From a virus (Duplodnaviria; Caudoviricetes), in IMG/VR virus record IMGVR_UViG_3300048833_000065, positions 1-63,103 of that record: a stretch of 63,103 nucleotides of DNA. One strand, written 5' to 3'. Positions 32,966-44,000 of this stretch are shown here, piece by piece (the first letter of the stretch is position 1; each line of letters starts with the position of its first letter). Below the pieces are notes generated by a model. The model saw only the letters and a list, made by a program, of their open reading frames with translations, ran no database searches and was not told the DNA's origin. The position numbers and the translations under genes were made by a program.

Positions 32966-35202
32966 CAGGCGAACCTCATTCCTGCATCGGCGTACACGCC
33001 ACGGAAGGCTTGCCGCACCTCGTCGCGCAGGACGCGACGAATGCTCTCGACCGTCGAGGCGTCGGCGTTGCCGTTGATCGATATGTTGAACGTCGGCGCG
33101 ATGGTCGTCCCGCCGCCGCCGAGCGCCTTGTTCGGAATGATCGTGCCGCTTGTCGCGGGCTTGAATATTTCGGGACCACGCTCACCGACGAGGTAAGGCT
33201 TGCTCGTCACAGGCCCACCCTTCGCCTGTCCCTTGAGCGGTGCCGCCGCTGGCGCGGCTTCACCACCGCCGCCACCGAACCATCCCTTGACGCCCGAGAT
33301 CGCATTGGTGATCGGCGCGGTGAGTTCAGCCGCCTTGTTCTTCACCCATGCGATAAGCTGGTCGAACAGCGCGACCATGCCGTCCCACAACGCCTGCACA
33401 ATCGCCATGCCTGCGTTCTTCCACTGCTCCGCAAGCCCGGTGATGACTGCAAGCCCTTCCTCCATCGAGGTGCGGATGCTGTCCGCGATGCCGCGCATCT
33501 TCTGCGGGATCGCATTGGTGAGCGCGACGAACTTCTCATCGATGGTCGTGAACCAGTTTACGATGCCGCCCAGGGCCTCGCCAGCCGTCCTGCCCCACGC
33601 GCGCCAGCCCTCTTCTGTCTGATTGATCGGGCCGAGAATTTCAGTGACCCATCCCCACAGCGTCGAGATGCCTGAGATGATGGTGTCCAGAACCGCCGAC
33701 GCCTCTGGTCCGAGCGCGCTGCGGAACGCCGATCCGAACTCATCAAACATCGCAGCGATGCCTGACCAGTTGTTGTAAATCCAGATGCCAGCCAGCGCGA
33801 TTGCGATCACGACCGCGCCGATGCCCGTCGCCGCGATTGCGCCAGCGAGCGAAGTGAAGGAGGTCGCCACTGTCGCAACGCCTTTCGCAAGCGTCAGCAA
33901 TCCGCCATAGCCGAACGCCGCCGCATACTTGAGCGCAATCGACGCGACGTTGAACGCGAGGATGCCAGCCGTCAGGCCGACGATGGCGGCGACCAGCTTC
34001 GGGTTTTCTTCCGCCCACTTCGCGAAGGCTTCAACGACGGGCGTGATCTTCTGCATGATCGATGTGAGCGCCGGAAGGAGCGCGTTGCCGATGGAGAGCG
34101 CAAGATTGTCGAGCGTGATCTGGAACGCCTTCATCCTCTCGGCGTTCGTCTCCATCTTATTCATGAAGTCTTCCATGACCACGCCAGCGGCCTTGCTCGC
34201 TTCTTCGCGGAGCTTCACATAGTCGTCGAAGAAAGCCATTAGCGGGCGCATCGCCTCAAGGACTTGCTTGTCCGAGAACAAGTCCTCCATGATCGCACCC
34301 TTCTTCATCGCCGCGCGCGTCTGCTCGACCATCACATCGAAGGGCGACTTTCCTTCCGCTATCCCCCTTTCAAGCGCCTTGCGGATATCGATGCCATAGT
34401 CCTCGAACTTCTTCACCGTCAGCGGTGCGCGCGCCTTCTGCAAGAGGTTGGCGACAGCGTTCGCCGCCTGAGAAGTGTCTCCTGTTGAACGCTTCACGAT
34501 TTGCAACGCCGCGCCGAGATCAGCAACAGCGCCGACACCCTCCTGACCGAAGGTCGCGAAGGCCGCGCCGAGGTCAGGGAAGTATTGCGCCATGTCCTTC
34601 AATTCGAAGCCGCCCATCTTGCCAGCTTGAGCGAGCTTGTCGAAGGCAAGCTCTAGCTGCTCGACCGGAACCTTGAGGTTCATGATCGACGCGTTGGCGA
34701 GCTTGGAGAGATCGTCAATCGACGCGCCTGTCGCCGTCGCGGCCTTGCCGATGGTTGCAATGGACTTTGCCGCCGTGTCGAAGTCCATGCCAGCGCCGAT
34801 GAGAATGTCGGCAGACTTGAGCATGTCGGTCGTGAACTGGTTCGTCTCCTTGCCAGCCGCAACCGCCACCTTGCCGAATGCCGCAAGCTGCTCCTTCGAT
34901 GCACCCGACTTGTTTCCGAGTTCGACAAGCTGGCTCTCGAATTCGCGAGCGGCATCGATGGGCCTCTTGAGCGACCGGGCGAAGGCATAGGTGATCGCCA
35001 TCGCATCGACCATTTGCATCCGATAGGTCGCAAGGCGCTGGTTGTTGCGCGCCTGGGCGGCATTGAGCCTGTCCATGACAGTGACGCCGCTTGCGCCCTT
35101 TGCCGCCTTGCCGATGCCAGCGATGGCGCGTCCAATAGCCTTGGCTGGACCCGTCACCTGATCGATGAGACGAACTATGAGCGAAGAAACTTGTTCAGCC
35201 AT
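32965..35202 (-). CDS. Tail tape measure protein
   Basis: Long Ala-rich helical ORF; AGKMGGFELKDMAQYFP; LVGERGPE. Confidence 0.92.
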   Translation of the reverse strand: MAEQVSSLIVRLIDQVTGPAKAIGRAIAGIGKAAKGASGVTVMDRLNAAQARNNQRLATYRMQMVDAMAITYAFARSLKRPIDAAREFESQLVELGNKSGASKEQLAAFGKVAVAAGKETNQFTTDMLKSADILIGAGMDFDTAAKSIATIGKAATATGASIDDLSKLANASIMNLKVPVEQLELAFDKLAQAGKMGGFELKDMAQYFPDLGAAFATFGQEGVGAVADLGAALQIVKRSTGDTSQAANAVANLLQKARAPLTVKKFEDYGIDIRKALERGIAEGKSPFDVMVEQTRAAMKKGAIMEDLFSDKQVLEAMRPLMAFFDDYVKLREEASKAAGVVMEDFMNKMETNAERMKAFQITLDNLALSIGNALLPALTSIMQKITPVVEAFAKWAEENPKLVAAIVGLTAGILAFNVASIALKYAAAFGYGGLLTLAKGVATVATSFTSLAGAIAATGIGAVVIAIALAGIWIYNNWSGIAAMFDEFGSAFRSALGPEASAVLDTIISGISTLWGWVTEILGPINQTEEGWRAWGRTAGEALGGIVNWFTTIDEKFVALTNAIPQKMRGIADSIRTSMEEGLAVITGLAEQWKNAGMAIVQALWDGMVALFDQLIAWVKNKAAELTAPITNAISGVKGWFGGGGGEAAPAAAPLKGQAKGGPVTSKPYLVGERGPEIFKPATSGTIIPNKALGGGGTTIAPTFNISINGNADASTVESIRRVLRDEVRQAFRGVYADAGMRFA

Positions 35203-35363
35203 CAGGTAAGGCCCCTTGCCTTTGCGATGCGTGCCGCCTCGCGATGCCAATCCGCGAGGTCGCGCACTTCCATTTCAAGAAGGTCGGTGACGGGCGTATG
35301 CAGAACATGCGCCACGTCCGCCACCATTGTCATGATCCCGCCTAGGCGGGCTTGGGCAAAAAA
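35202..35363 (-). CDS. gpE'-like extension produced by -1 frameshift
   Basis: TTTTTTG at 35363-35357; -1 frame open to a TGA overlapping the tape-measure ATG (MVADVAHVLHTP...LADWHREA). Confidence 0.75.
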   Translation of the reverse strand, partial: FFAQARLGGIMTMVADVAHVLHTPVTDLLEMEVRDLADWHREAARIAKARGLT

Positions 35364-35596
35364 CTTCCCATCGCCTCCGAGATGGTGGCGAAGTCTCGCG
35401 CATCCATTTCTTCAATGACCTCGACAGGAAGCTCCGTCACCGCCGCGAGAAGGGCGATGCCAGCCATCATTTCATCGCCGTCACGGCGCGCGACTTCCGC
35501 CGACTTGAGGTGCTTCACCTTGACGGTGCCGATCACGACGGACTTGATGAGCTTTCCATCCGTTCCGGTGATCGGCGTTTGCAGTTCATGCTTCAT
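35342..35596 (-). CDS. Tail assembly chaperone (gpE-like)
   Basis: IEEMDARDF motif; lies between tube and tape measure. Confidence 0.85.
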   Translation of the reverse strand: MKHELQTPITGTDGKLIKSVVIGTVKVKHLKSAEVARRDGDEMMAGIALLAAVTELPVEVIEEMDARDFATISEAMGSFLPKPA

Positions 35597-35625
35597 TGAA
35601 AACCCCCTTCGTTGTCAGGAAAAAA

Positions 35626-36165
35626 TCAAGCGCCAGTGGACGGAATGCGGAGAAGGCGGTTCTCGTCCGCGTTCTCGTCTTCGCCATCGACCTCCCAAGT
35701 GTTCTCAAAGAAGTCCCACTTGATCTTCGGCTTGCCGTCGAACCAGACCTCATAGTGGGTGACTTCGTTGAGGGCATACTCGTGGCCCATCATCTCGCCG
35801 CGCGTGAAGGCGTCGGCTTCGATCTTGCCGAGACGCGCTTCGATGATCGCCTTCGTCTCCAAGGCGCGGCCCGTCCGCTTGTCGCGCACCACGCCATAAG
35901 CGGTGTAGACGTTCTTGTAGCGCGAGCCGAGGCCGAACTGTCCGAGCAGGGCAGGATCAAAACCAGCGAGCTTGAACGTGGGTTCGAGCTTCTGGATGCC
36001 GACCTCGACCTCGATGGCGACGCGAGCGCCACCGCCGTGGTGATCCGCATAGATCGCTTGCAGCGGAGGCAGCTTGAGTTCCGAGATCGTCAGATGCTTC
36101 GACGCTGTCGGATCGTGGTCGCCGCAGAAGAGGTTGACGGCTTCCATAACATAGATGGTGTTCAT
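35626..36165 (-). CDS. Major tail tube protein (P2 FII-like)
   Basis: ELKLPPL...GGG...KLEPTF; follows the sheath. Confidence 0.88.
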   Translation of the reverse strand: MNTIYVMEAVNLFCGDHDPTASKHLTISELKLPPLQAIYADHHGGGARVAIEVEVGIQKLEPTFKLAGFDPALLGQFGLGSRYKNVYTAYGVVRDKRTGRALETKAIIEARLGKIEADAFTRGEMMGHEYALNEVTHYEVWFDGKPKIKWDFFENTWEVDGEDENADENRLLRIPSTGA

Positions 36166-36195
36166 GGTGTTCTATCTCCTAGCCACCGAGTTGGA

Positions 36196-37686
36196 TTAGC
36201 CCGTCACCGCGTCAAGCTGCGAGAGCAGATCGTCCAGAAGCGCATCAAGCGCAGGACGATAGCGCGCAGACTGAATGCCGAGGTAGCGGAGGACGGGCGG
36301 CTCTTCGGCGGCGAAGTTCACCGTGAACTTGCCGAGGCGAAGCTGCTCCGGAGAGTTCTGGTCGCGGGTGAAGCCCACCTTGTAACCGAGAATGTCGCCG
36401 TCAGCCTTGAGGTCACGCATGGCGAAGGCCATCGTGTTGCGGATCGCTTCAATCGTCTGGCCCGTAATGTTGAAGCGGCCCAGGTAGAAGCGAAGCGTCC
36501 GCAGGAACATCAGATGGATGTAATCGCGACCGCGCACGACGTTGTAGAACTGCCAGAGACTATCCTCCGAGCAGGTGTCGGTGCCGACGAAGACGAAGCC
36601 GCCCGAGGCAATCGCCGTCTCGACGCCCATCTCGCCGCGAATGATGATGCCACCGTTCGCTGCAAGGATCGACTGCCCTTCGGTCGCGCCGTCAACGAGA
36701 GAGAAGTTGATCGAACGCGAAGGACCGACAATGCCCTGCACAGGCTGATTGGCCCACGAATGGAACGGGCGACCCTGATATTCGTGGTCGCGGCGCACCG
36801 CGATGCCAAGGACACGCGGCGACGCGGGCTTGACGACGGCAGGAGTTCCGACCTTCACGGCGGTCTCGACCGGGATCAGGCGCTCGCTCTGCATCGTCTC
36901 GCGCCAGTTGATGAACTCCTGCAAGGTCGTCGCAGGGCCATCGACCACGGCAACAGCGAGCAGCTTGTTCAGCACGGAGGGAAGCTCCGCGCACACCGGG
37001 TTGGCGAGGTCGGCAATGGTTGCCGTCGCCGCCGCCGAGGTGCCGCCGCCGCCAGAGAACGAAACGGTCGGAGCCGTCTCGTAACCGCTGCCGGGATTGG
37101 TGATCGTGATCGCGACCACCGCGTCGTCGTCAACGCCTTCCTCCGTTCCGAGGACAGCAACCGCCGTCGCGCCAGAACCGCCGCCGCCCGAGAAGGAGAC
37201 GGTCGGCGCGGACGTGTAGCCGCTGCCGCCGTTGGTGACGGCAATGGTCGTGATCCCCGTATCGCGCTGGTGCGTGAAGCCGGGAGCCGCGATCAGGCGC
37301 GGGATCACGCCGAGAAGCGGGCCAGCCTCCATGAAGGCGTGAACGCCCGTCTTGTTCGTGGAGTTGCCGACGATGTTCGTGATCGTCGCGTCGGCGTCTA
37401 CGCCTTCGGTCACGCGGACGACGACAACCTTCGCGGCGACTTGGAACTCGCCAAGCTGATCGTTGATGCCTTCGATGGCGTCAGGAAGCGTCCCGGTGGT
37501 GCCGAGAGCCGCCGCCATCGTCGCGTCGTCGCTGTACATGAAGACGGGCGTGTTGAGCGGGAAGATGGAAGCGTTCGCGGCGGGCGCGGTGCCGATGAGG
37601 CCCACGACCGACATATCGCTCCAAACTGCGGGGCGCGGCTCGTTGTCGATCCGCTGAATGCTAATGCCAAATGTCGGTTCAGACAT
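36196..37686 (-). CDS. Tail sheath protein (P2 FI-like)
   Basis: VVGLIGTAP, PRLIAAPGF, PFHSWAN, NSPEQLRLG. Confidence 0.92.
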   Translation of the reverse strand: MSEPTFGISIQRIDNEPRPAVWSDMSVVGLIGTAPAANASIFPLNTPVFMYSDDATMAAALGTTGTLPDAIEGINDQLGEFQVAAKVVVVRVTEGVDADATITNIVGNSTNKTGVHAFMEAGPLLGVIPRLIAAPGFTHQRDTGITTIAVTNGGSGYTSAPTVSFSGGGGSGATAVAVLGTEEGVDDDAVVAITITNPGSGYETAPTVSFSGGGGTSAAATATIADLANPVCAELPSVLNKLLAVAVVDGPATTLQEFINWRETMQSERLIPVETAVKVGTPAVVKPASPRVLGIAVRRDHEYQGRPFHSWANQPVQGIVGPSRSINFSLVDGATEGQSILAANGGIIIRGEMGVETAIASGGFVFVGTDTCSEDSLWQFYNVVRGRDYIHLMFLRTLRFYLGRFNITGQTIEAIRNTMAFAMRDLKADGDILGYKVGFTRDQNSPEQLRLGKFTVNFAAEEPPVLRYLGIQSARYRPALDALLDDLLSQLDAVTG

Positions 37687-37757
37687 TGCTCGTTTCTCCT
37701 TTGCAGACGCGCTCCCGCGCGCTGCGGTTCAAGTGACTTTCAATTCAAAACCAGAAA

Positions 37758-38129
37758 TTACTTGCGGCGCACGATGCGCCACACCGAGACGGCCCAATAG
37801 GTGAGCGTCGCGGTAAAGATCGAAGCGCCCAGGACGCGCAACGCTTCATAGAGGATCGCGTCGGACATGACGCGCGAGAAACCATGCCAGCGGCAAAGAT
37901 AGTCGTGCAGCACGAATGCAGCGGCGAACTGCGGATCGTGCGGCGGAACGATGGGCCACAGGAAGCGCGGCACCGTCGCAAGGTCCGTATCGGTTCCGGC
38001 AGGGACCGTGATGGTGAGACCCGATCCCTTCGTGCCGATCTCATAGGAGAAGGCGCGAGAGGTGATCCATGTGCGCTGGTCGTGATCGACGCGAGGCGAG
38101 AGAAAGAGCGGCGCGGTGAACGAAGACAT
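37758..38129 (-). CDS. DUF1353 protein
   Basis: VPAGTDTDLATVP...AAAFVLHDYL. Confidence 0.85.
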   Translation of the reverse strand: MSSFTAPLFLSPRVDHDQRTWITSRAFSYEIGTKGSGLTITVPAGTDTDLATVPRFLWPIVPPHDPQFAAAFVLHDYLCRWHGFSRVMSDAILYEALRVLGASIFTATLTYWAVSVWRIVRRK

Positions 38130-38665
38130 TAGGCGGGCCATCCGGCGTTGATATCGATGGCGTCCAGTTCCTCCTTCGTCGTCGTCGCCTCAATGGCGGT
38201 CTTCAATTCCGCCTCGCGGTCGAAGCACGCTTGCACATGGGCGCGCACTGCCATTGCCACGTTGACGATTTGCGCCGCGTCGAGCGTGACGAATTGCCCG
38301 TTGCCCGTCTTCCACTTCATCGTGCCTTGCGGGTCCATCTGCGCGCCGACGACTGCGCCGATGTACTTGGTCTGGCTCACCGCGTCGGTCGCGAGCGGCA
38401 TTCCGGCGAAGGTGGTGCCGCTGGTTTCCTTCTGCCAGCGCAACTCGGCCAGCTTCTCTAGCTTGCGTTCCTTGAACTGCTCAAACGTCGGAAGCGCCGT
38501 GCGGATCACCCACTTGTCGTTCTCTATGCCTTCAAAAGCAGTCTCGCCGTACTCGCGGAGAACGTCGAGCCACATGAAATTCTTGTGCGGAATGTCGGCG
38601 GGCTTCTCCGCGTAGTTGCGAATTTCCTTGAAAGCCCCGTCGATCAAAAGAGCATATTCGGTCAT
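38129..38665 (-). CDS. DUF4376 protein (fibre assembly-like)
   Basis: RWQKETSG, WKT.NG.FV.LDA, HVQACFDRE. Confidence 0.8.
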   Translation of the reverse strand: MTEYALLIDGAFKEIRNYAEKPADIPHKNFMWLDVLREYGETAFEGIENDKWVIRTALPTFEQFKERKLEKLAELRWQKETSGTTFAGMPLATDAVSQTKYIGAVVGAQMDPQGTMKWKTGNGQFVTLDAAQIVNVAMAVRAHVQACFDREAELKTAIEATTTKEELDAIDINAGWPA

Positions 38666-38680
38666 GGCGTTTTCCTATCC

Positions 38681-40006
38681 TTAGAAGCCAAGCGTCCAAG
38701 CAGCATGGTCCCAAGTGGCTGACATACTGTTCCACGGTGGTCCATCCGGCGATGGACCGCCGCTCGTGTAATACATCCAAATATAACTGTCGGGGTTTGA
38801 ACTCCCGCAGTTCTCGACGGCGACCTCCCACCATTGTTTTTCCCACGGCTCGTCGGCTGTGGTGGACGATGTGACGCGACCGCCAGCAACCGCGATCCCC
38901 AAATTCATCGGCATCGTCGCGGATGGCCAATAAATATTTCCAGTATCGACTGTCGGGCCAGCGACATTCGGTGGTGTTGAAAAGCCTCCAGTGAACCGTG
39001 CGGAGCAATGCCGCATCGTGGTTGCAGACGCACTTGCCGTCACCGTGATCGTCGCGCCTTCCGTTCCGTCTGCAATGCGCCAGCCGACCGTTGCAGAGCC
39101 GTACTCGCCAGCGTTGGCGTCTCCTGCCTCATTCCATCCTGCGGGCCATGTGTAGGAGCGGTTATCGCGGCACCCAATCGCCGCAACGAGAAGGTCGCCA
39201 ACCTGAATGCCAGACGGAAGACTTACGACCGCCGATGCTGTGTTTGACGACTGCGATGTTGCGGTGCCAGTTAGGACAGCCGTGTTAAACGAGTTGATGA
39301 AGTTGGCAGGACGAAGCGCGAGCGAGTAAGCAATACGACTGTTGCCGCTCAAGTTGGTGAACTGAGCAGGATCGAATGATCCCTCCTTCCAATCAAGCAA
39401 GTGCGCCATTGCCACGGAGGCACTGTATGTGTCCGATGATGACGCATGGATGAGGCCGTCCATGTTGGAAATAGTGACACCGCTTGTGGTTCCTTCGACC
39501 GCGCCACAGGCAACGATGGCGGAACCGGGTGTGATCGGCGTGATCGCCAGAGCATTCGCGTTGCCAGAGGTCGATAGAGAAGATCGCGTAGGTTTGACGT
39601 CAAACGGAGCGTTTCGGTCAACCCCACGGAACACCTTGAGCGCCATTGCTTGAGCGTTGGTGGCGAGGCCGGAAGCCTCTACAGTTATCTGCGTGAGTGC
39701 ATCAACGAACCCATATTGCAGCATCGCTGTAATATCCGGCGAAGAAGAAGTCGCAGCATCAACGTATGCGAGTTTTAGTTCTGGCGAATAAACATCTGAT
39801 GAACCTTCGTCGCCCGCGCCGCCATAAAAGACAATGAAGTCATCGGGGAGGGCGACGGTATCAATTCCTCCGGTCAGTCCGCTCAAGGACATGGTTGTGA
39901 CGCCGCTCGTTGCGCCCGCGCGCGTCGCAGTCCTTCCGCCGACATACTCGACCTTGCCGCTGAAACCTCCAGCGCCGAAGCCGATCAACTGATTGAGCCT
40001 GAGCAT
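38681..40006 (-). CDS. Putative receptor-binding / fibre protein
   Basis: S/T/G-rich beta protein between the fibre and the chaperone. Confidence 0.6.
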   Translation of the reverse strand: MLRLNQLIGFGAGGFSGKVEYVGGRTATRAGATSGVTTMSLSGLTGGIDTVALPDDFIVFYGGAGDEGSSDVYSPELKLAYVDAATSSSPDITAMLQYGFVDALTQITVEASGLATNAQAMALKVFRGVDRNAPFDVKPTRSSLSTSGNANALAITPITPGSAIVACGAVEGTTSGVTISNMDGLIHASSSDTYSASVAMAHLLDWKEGSFDPAQFTNLSGNSRIAYSLALRPANFINSFNTAVLTGTATSQSSNTASAVVSLPSGIQVGDLLVAAIGCRDNRSYTWPAGWNEAGDANAGEYGSATVGWRIADGTEGATITVTASASATTMRHCSARFTGGFSTPPNVAGPTVDTGNIYWPSATMPMNLGIAVAGGRVTSSTTADEPWEKQWWEVAVENCGSSNPDSYIWMYYTSGGPSPDGPPWNSMSATWDHAAWTLGF

Positions 40007-40009
40007 GGA

Positions 40010-41062
40010 TCAATCGTCCTTCGCGGCGTTGGTGGTGAAGGTGATCGTCACGCCGAGAAGATGAGCATCAACTGCCATCGTGTCGGAGCCGTCGGCAGGA
40101 TCGCGGTAGAACTCGAAATAAACCACGTCGCCTTCGGCCATCGTGTTGCCGATGGTAATGGTGGAGGTGAATGCGGTCTTGTACTGGTTGCCCGTCGTGC
40201 CGCCTGTGTCCGCGACCTCCTGCTCCGTTCCCCATGCGCCGTCAAGCGCCTCGTTGTCGCCCACGGCGCGAGCGCGAGCGCCCCATGTCACGCCGAAGTT
40301 TACCGTGGTCGCCGGATGCTTCCAAATGAACTCGACCTCGACGCCGACGCTCTCATTCATGCCCTTCGGCATTCTGACGCGAGCCTGAACCGCTTCGCTC
40401 GTCGCGGCATCGAACGCCCAATAGCCCGCCATCACATCGTTGGTGGCAAGCTCATCCTTGGCATAGGACGCGCCATTGGTGGCGCGAGCAGTCATCGCCT
40501 CAGCCGGAATGCTGATTGTCTGCTTACCGACGATGGCGGTCAGTGCCGCCTTCTCATCAAGAGCCGTCTGCAAGCCTGTCACGTTGGCGATGGTGTGCGT
40601 ATGCGATGCCGCCGCGTAGGAGCCAGCCGCTTGCTTGCCATCCAAGGCGGTCTGCAATCCGGTCACGTCGGAGATTGCGTGCGAGTGCGAGCCAAGGCGA
40701 GCGCCCGCAATCGTTCCGGTCGCCACCATTGAGCCGTCGAAGACAACGGGAACCCACTCAGTAGAAACATAGCGAAGGAACATGCCACTCGTTGGAGAGG
40801 CAGCATTGACGTCGGTCAGGCTGTTAAGCGTGAAGGTCGCGCTGGATGAGAGCTTGCCGTCAAGTGCCGCTTGCAGACCAGACACGTCTCCGATGACGTG
40901 ACCGTGGCCCGCCGCCGCCTTGCCGCTCATACTTGTGAACAGCGAGGCCACATCAACGTCGATGGCCTCAAGCGCCGCTATGATGCGGAGCGCATCCTCA
41001 TCCAGAAAGTTGTCGGGATGAGGAAGCTGATAGCTCCGGTTCGTCGTGATGTTCGTTGGCAT
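40010..41062 (-). CDS. Tail fibre protein
   Basis: Three H.H.I..V.GLQ.ALD.K repeats. Confidence 0.75.
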   Translation of the reverse strand: MPTNITTNRSYQLPHPDNFLDEDALRIIAALEAIDVDVASLFTSMSGKAAAGHGHVIGDVSGLQAALDGKLSSSATFTLNSLTDVNAASPTSGMFLRYVSTEWVPVVFDGSMVATGTIAGARLGSHSHAISDVTGLQTALDGKQAAGSYAAASHTHTIANVTGLQTALDEKAALTAIVGKQTISIPAEAMTARATNGASYAKDELATNDVMAGYWAFDAATSEAVQARVRMPKGMNESVGVEVEFIWKHPATTVNFGVTWGARARAVGDNEALDGAWGTEQEVADTGGTTGNQYKTAFTSTITIGNTMAEGDVVYFEFYRDPADGSDTMAVDAHLLGVTITFTTNAAKDD

Positions 41063-41075
41063 CGGTTATCTCTCC

Positions 41076-44000
41076 TTAGATCGAGACGGCGCGGAGGTCT
41101 TGAATGGAAGGACGCGCGGCTGGCGATCCGGTAAGCGTGATCTTCATGCGGCCCTGCACTGCGGTGAGCGGATCGACGCGGTACTCGCGCTCAATCCATC
41201 CGAAGTCCAAGACCTCGCTCGCCTCAAGGTCCGCGCTCGTCCAATCATCGTCTGCCTTGTCGAAGGCAACGGCCACCGTCGAACCTGACGGAAGCCAGAG
41301 CTTGAGGAAGGCAGAGAGCCGGATTGCCGTTCCCATCTTGAAGGCGCGCGAGACATAGGTCGCGCTTGTCGCGATCTCACCCGCCACGAAGATCAAGCCG
41401 GGATAGAGAACAGGCGAGAGCTTTTCCGTTCCGGTGAACTTGGCGCGAAGCGTCACCGTCTCGGTGACAAACTCATCCATCTCCCAATTCTGATTGGGAT
41501 GAAGAAGTTTCTTTGATGTATCCGCGCGCTCAATCTCGAACAGGAGCGTCGTATCCTCTGACGGCAGCAAGGTCGCCGCGCGCACAAGAAGATCGGATGC
41601 GGTGTTGAGGTTGAACGTGCCGAAGCTGATCGTCTTCGTCGTCGGAGAGAACTTGCACGCCACAAGCTGGAAGGTCAGGTCTTCCTTCTGGTGCGCCGTC
41701 CACGCTGTTGCGGTCGAGGACGAGAGCAGCATGCCGACAAGATAGGGCTGCGCGCCAACATACTCCTGCGCCACAGGATCGAAGCCACCGATCTCGGCGG
41801 TCGCGAGCGCGTGATCGTCATCATCCGTGCGGACGATGAAGGCATATTCGATGCCGCTCTTTACATAGACGGGAGACGTGAAGCGAACCTCTACCCATTC
41901 GCCAACCACTGCGGTCGTTATGTCGGTGAAGTCCTGCGCGATGCTCTCGCCTGTCGGGAAGCCATGCTCCGTCTTCACAAGCTCGACAAGAATGCCCTTC
42001 GACTTGTCACCGAAGGCGGCGAACTTGAGATTGATGCCAGCAAGGAAACGATCTTCCGGCAATGTGAAGGACTGCGCGACGGGGTCTTTGACAGGAACGC
42101 CCCTTGGATTGTTGACGATGATATTCGGCAAGCCGCTGCCGCCGCCACTAGGACGCGGCGCGGCGGTGACTGTCGTGGTGCGCGTGATGATGCGCGTCAG
42201 CGTCGTGGTGCGCATGATGTTCTCAAGGTCATAGTACCCTTGCGAAACAAAGAGGGCTTGCGCCCAGGAGCCGCCCATGCCTTCGGCATAGACCATGACA
42301 CGGCCTGTCGGCATGTTCGCCGGGACCGTAAAGCTGCCAGCGATCTGCCCACTGCCGTTTGCCGTCTGCGTTCCGGGCGGCTTAACGTCGATGCCGCCGA
42401 AGTCCAGCGTCTTCAATTCCTCACCAACGGCGAAGCCTTCGATGGTGAACAGGATTTCGATCTGCCGCATGAGCGGCGAAAGCTGAACGCTCTCGCCCAC
42501 GAAATCCTCTTCGACCGAAACCTGTTCGCGGACGGACGTCGTGGTCGTGGTGCCGGGATTGCTGCCTGTCACCTGACGATTGACGGTCTGTGTCACCTGC
42601 TGAGTGACAAAGCTTTCCGCAATCGACGTCTCAGGCTGGTCAACCCAAAAGTCTACTGGCGGCTCAATCTTGAGAGACGCGGGAAGAAGCTCGTAGGAGT
42701 TATATGGATTGATCTTGATCTGCCCGGTAATAAGCGGCTGCGAGACGACGACTTCCTCCGTGAAGTCAAGAAGAGCGGGAGCCGCGAGCGTCGGATAGAA
42801 GAACGTCGGATCAATCGGCAACTGCATGGAGCCTTGGAAGACCGCCGCGTTCTGCGTCTCGCCCGCGTCGCGATAGTAATCATGGATGAGCGGGTCAACG
42901 AACACGCCCTTCTTTGCGACAGGCTCGCGGTTGTCGATATCGTTCCGCAACCGCTCAAGACCGAGAAGGTCGAGCATGTCGATCATGCGCCGATACATGC
43001 GGTCGATCTTCGTGAAGTGATAGGAGCGGACGCCGATGTTCTTGACGGTCGGCTTGCCCATCCAATTGTTCTCGATCACCGCAAGCGGCAGGAGCGTGAC
43101 CGGAGCAATGGGCGGCTGCGGAGCAACCCGCATCGACGTGCCTTTGACATAGGCCGGGAGGCCAAGCTCGTTGAGGCACAGGATATCGACGCGCGGCATC
43201 TTCCAATCGTAGCCGAGAAGCACGGTCGTTCCGGTCACACCGCCCGAGAGCGTGACCGTCGTCGCCGTCTGCGAGACGGGAGTCACCGCGTCGAGATAGC
43301 GATAGGTCACGTCATAGGACGAGCCGCTGCTCGGTTCGATGCCACCCGGCGACCAGTTCACCGTGTCGTTGACGAGCGTGTAATCGTCTCCCGGCGTGTA
43401 AGTCGTGCCGCCCTGCACCACTTCAATGATCGACGTGACAGACGAGTTCGGAAGTGCGTCGGCGCTGTTCGTCGTTCCCTTGGTGATCGTCTGCGTCACT
43501 TCCTTGGTGACGATGGCGACGTTGAGCGTCGCAATGGGCGGATGGCGAACCGAGATCACCGCATTGCCAGAGCCGCCGTTCTCGAAGGTGTGCGCCTCGG
43601 CGGCGATCACCTCAATGTCCCAATCTTCTTCCTCGCGATGAATGATCGCGGCGTCGCGGCTGCGCTTGAAGCCATAGATATTTGCCACACCCGCTTCGAT
43701 GGAGAAGACCTGATCGGTTCCGACCTTGCCCATTGCCGTGACGCGGCAACCTTCCACGATGTAGGAGCCGTGAGCGTCGCGGTCATAAGTGGCGAGCGCC
43801 GCGTTGACGCCTGTCAGTTGCGGCGGCGGGGTCTGGTCGACCACCACGCCGTCCTTGAGCAGATAGACGGCGATCAGGTCGCCGTCTTCCTCATCGCCAT
43901 CCCATCCCCATTCAATCGCCTCGCTCTCGCGCGCGGCACCCGGCTCGCCTTCCGCTTCCGTACCAGGGTGAAGGCCGACGAGCGTCGGGTCTTCGATCTC

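Noticed and set aside
35596-37800. 734-aa + strand ORF
   Set aside because: Antisense to the sheath and tube genes; no recognisable domain
38681-41062. Diversity-generating retroelement or invertible fibre cassette
   Set aside because: No reverse transcriptase, template/variable repeat pair or invertase seen
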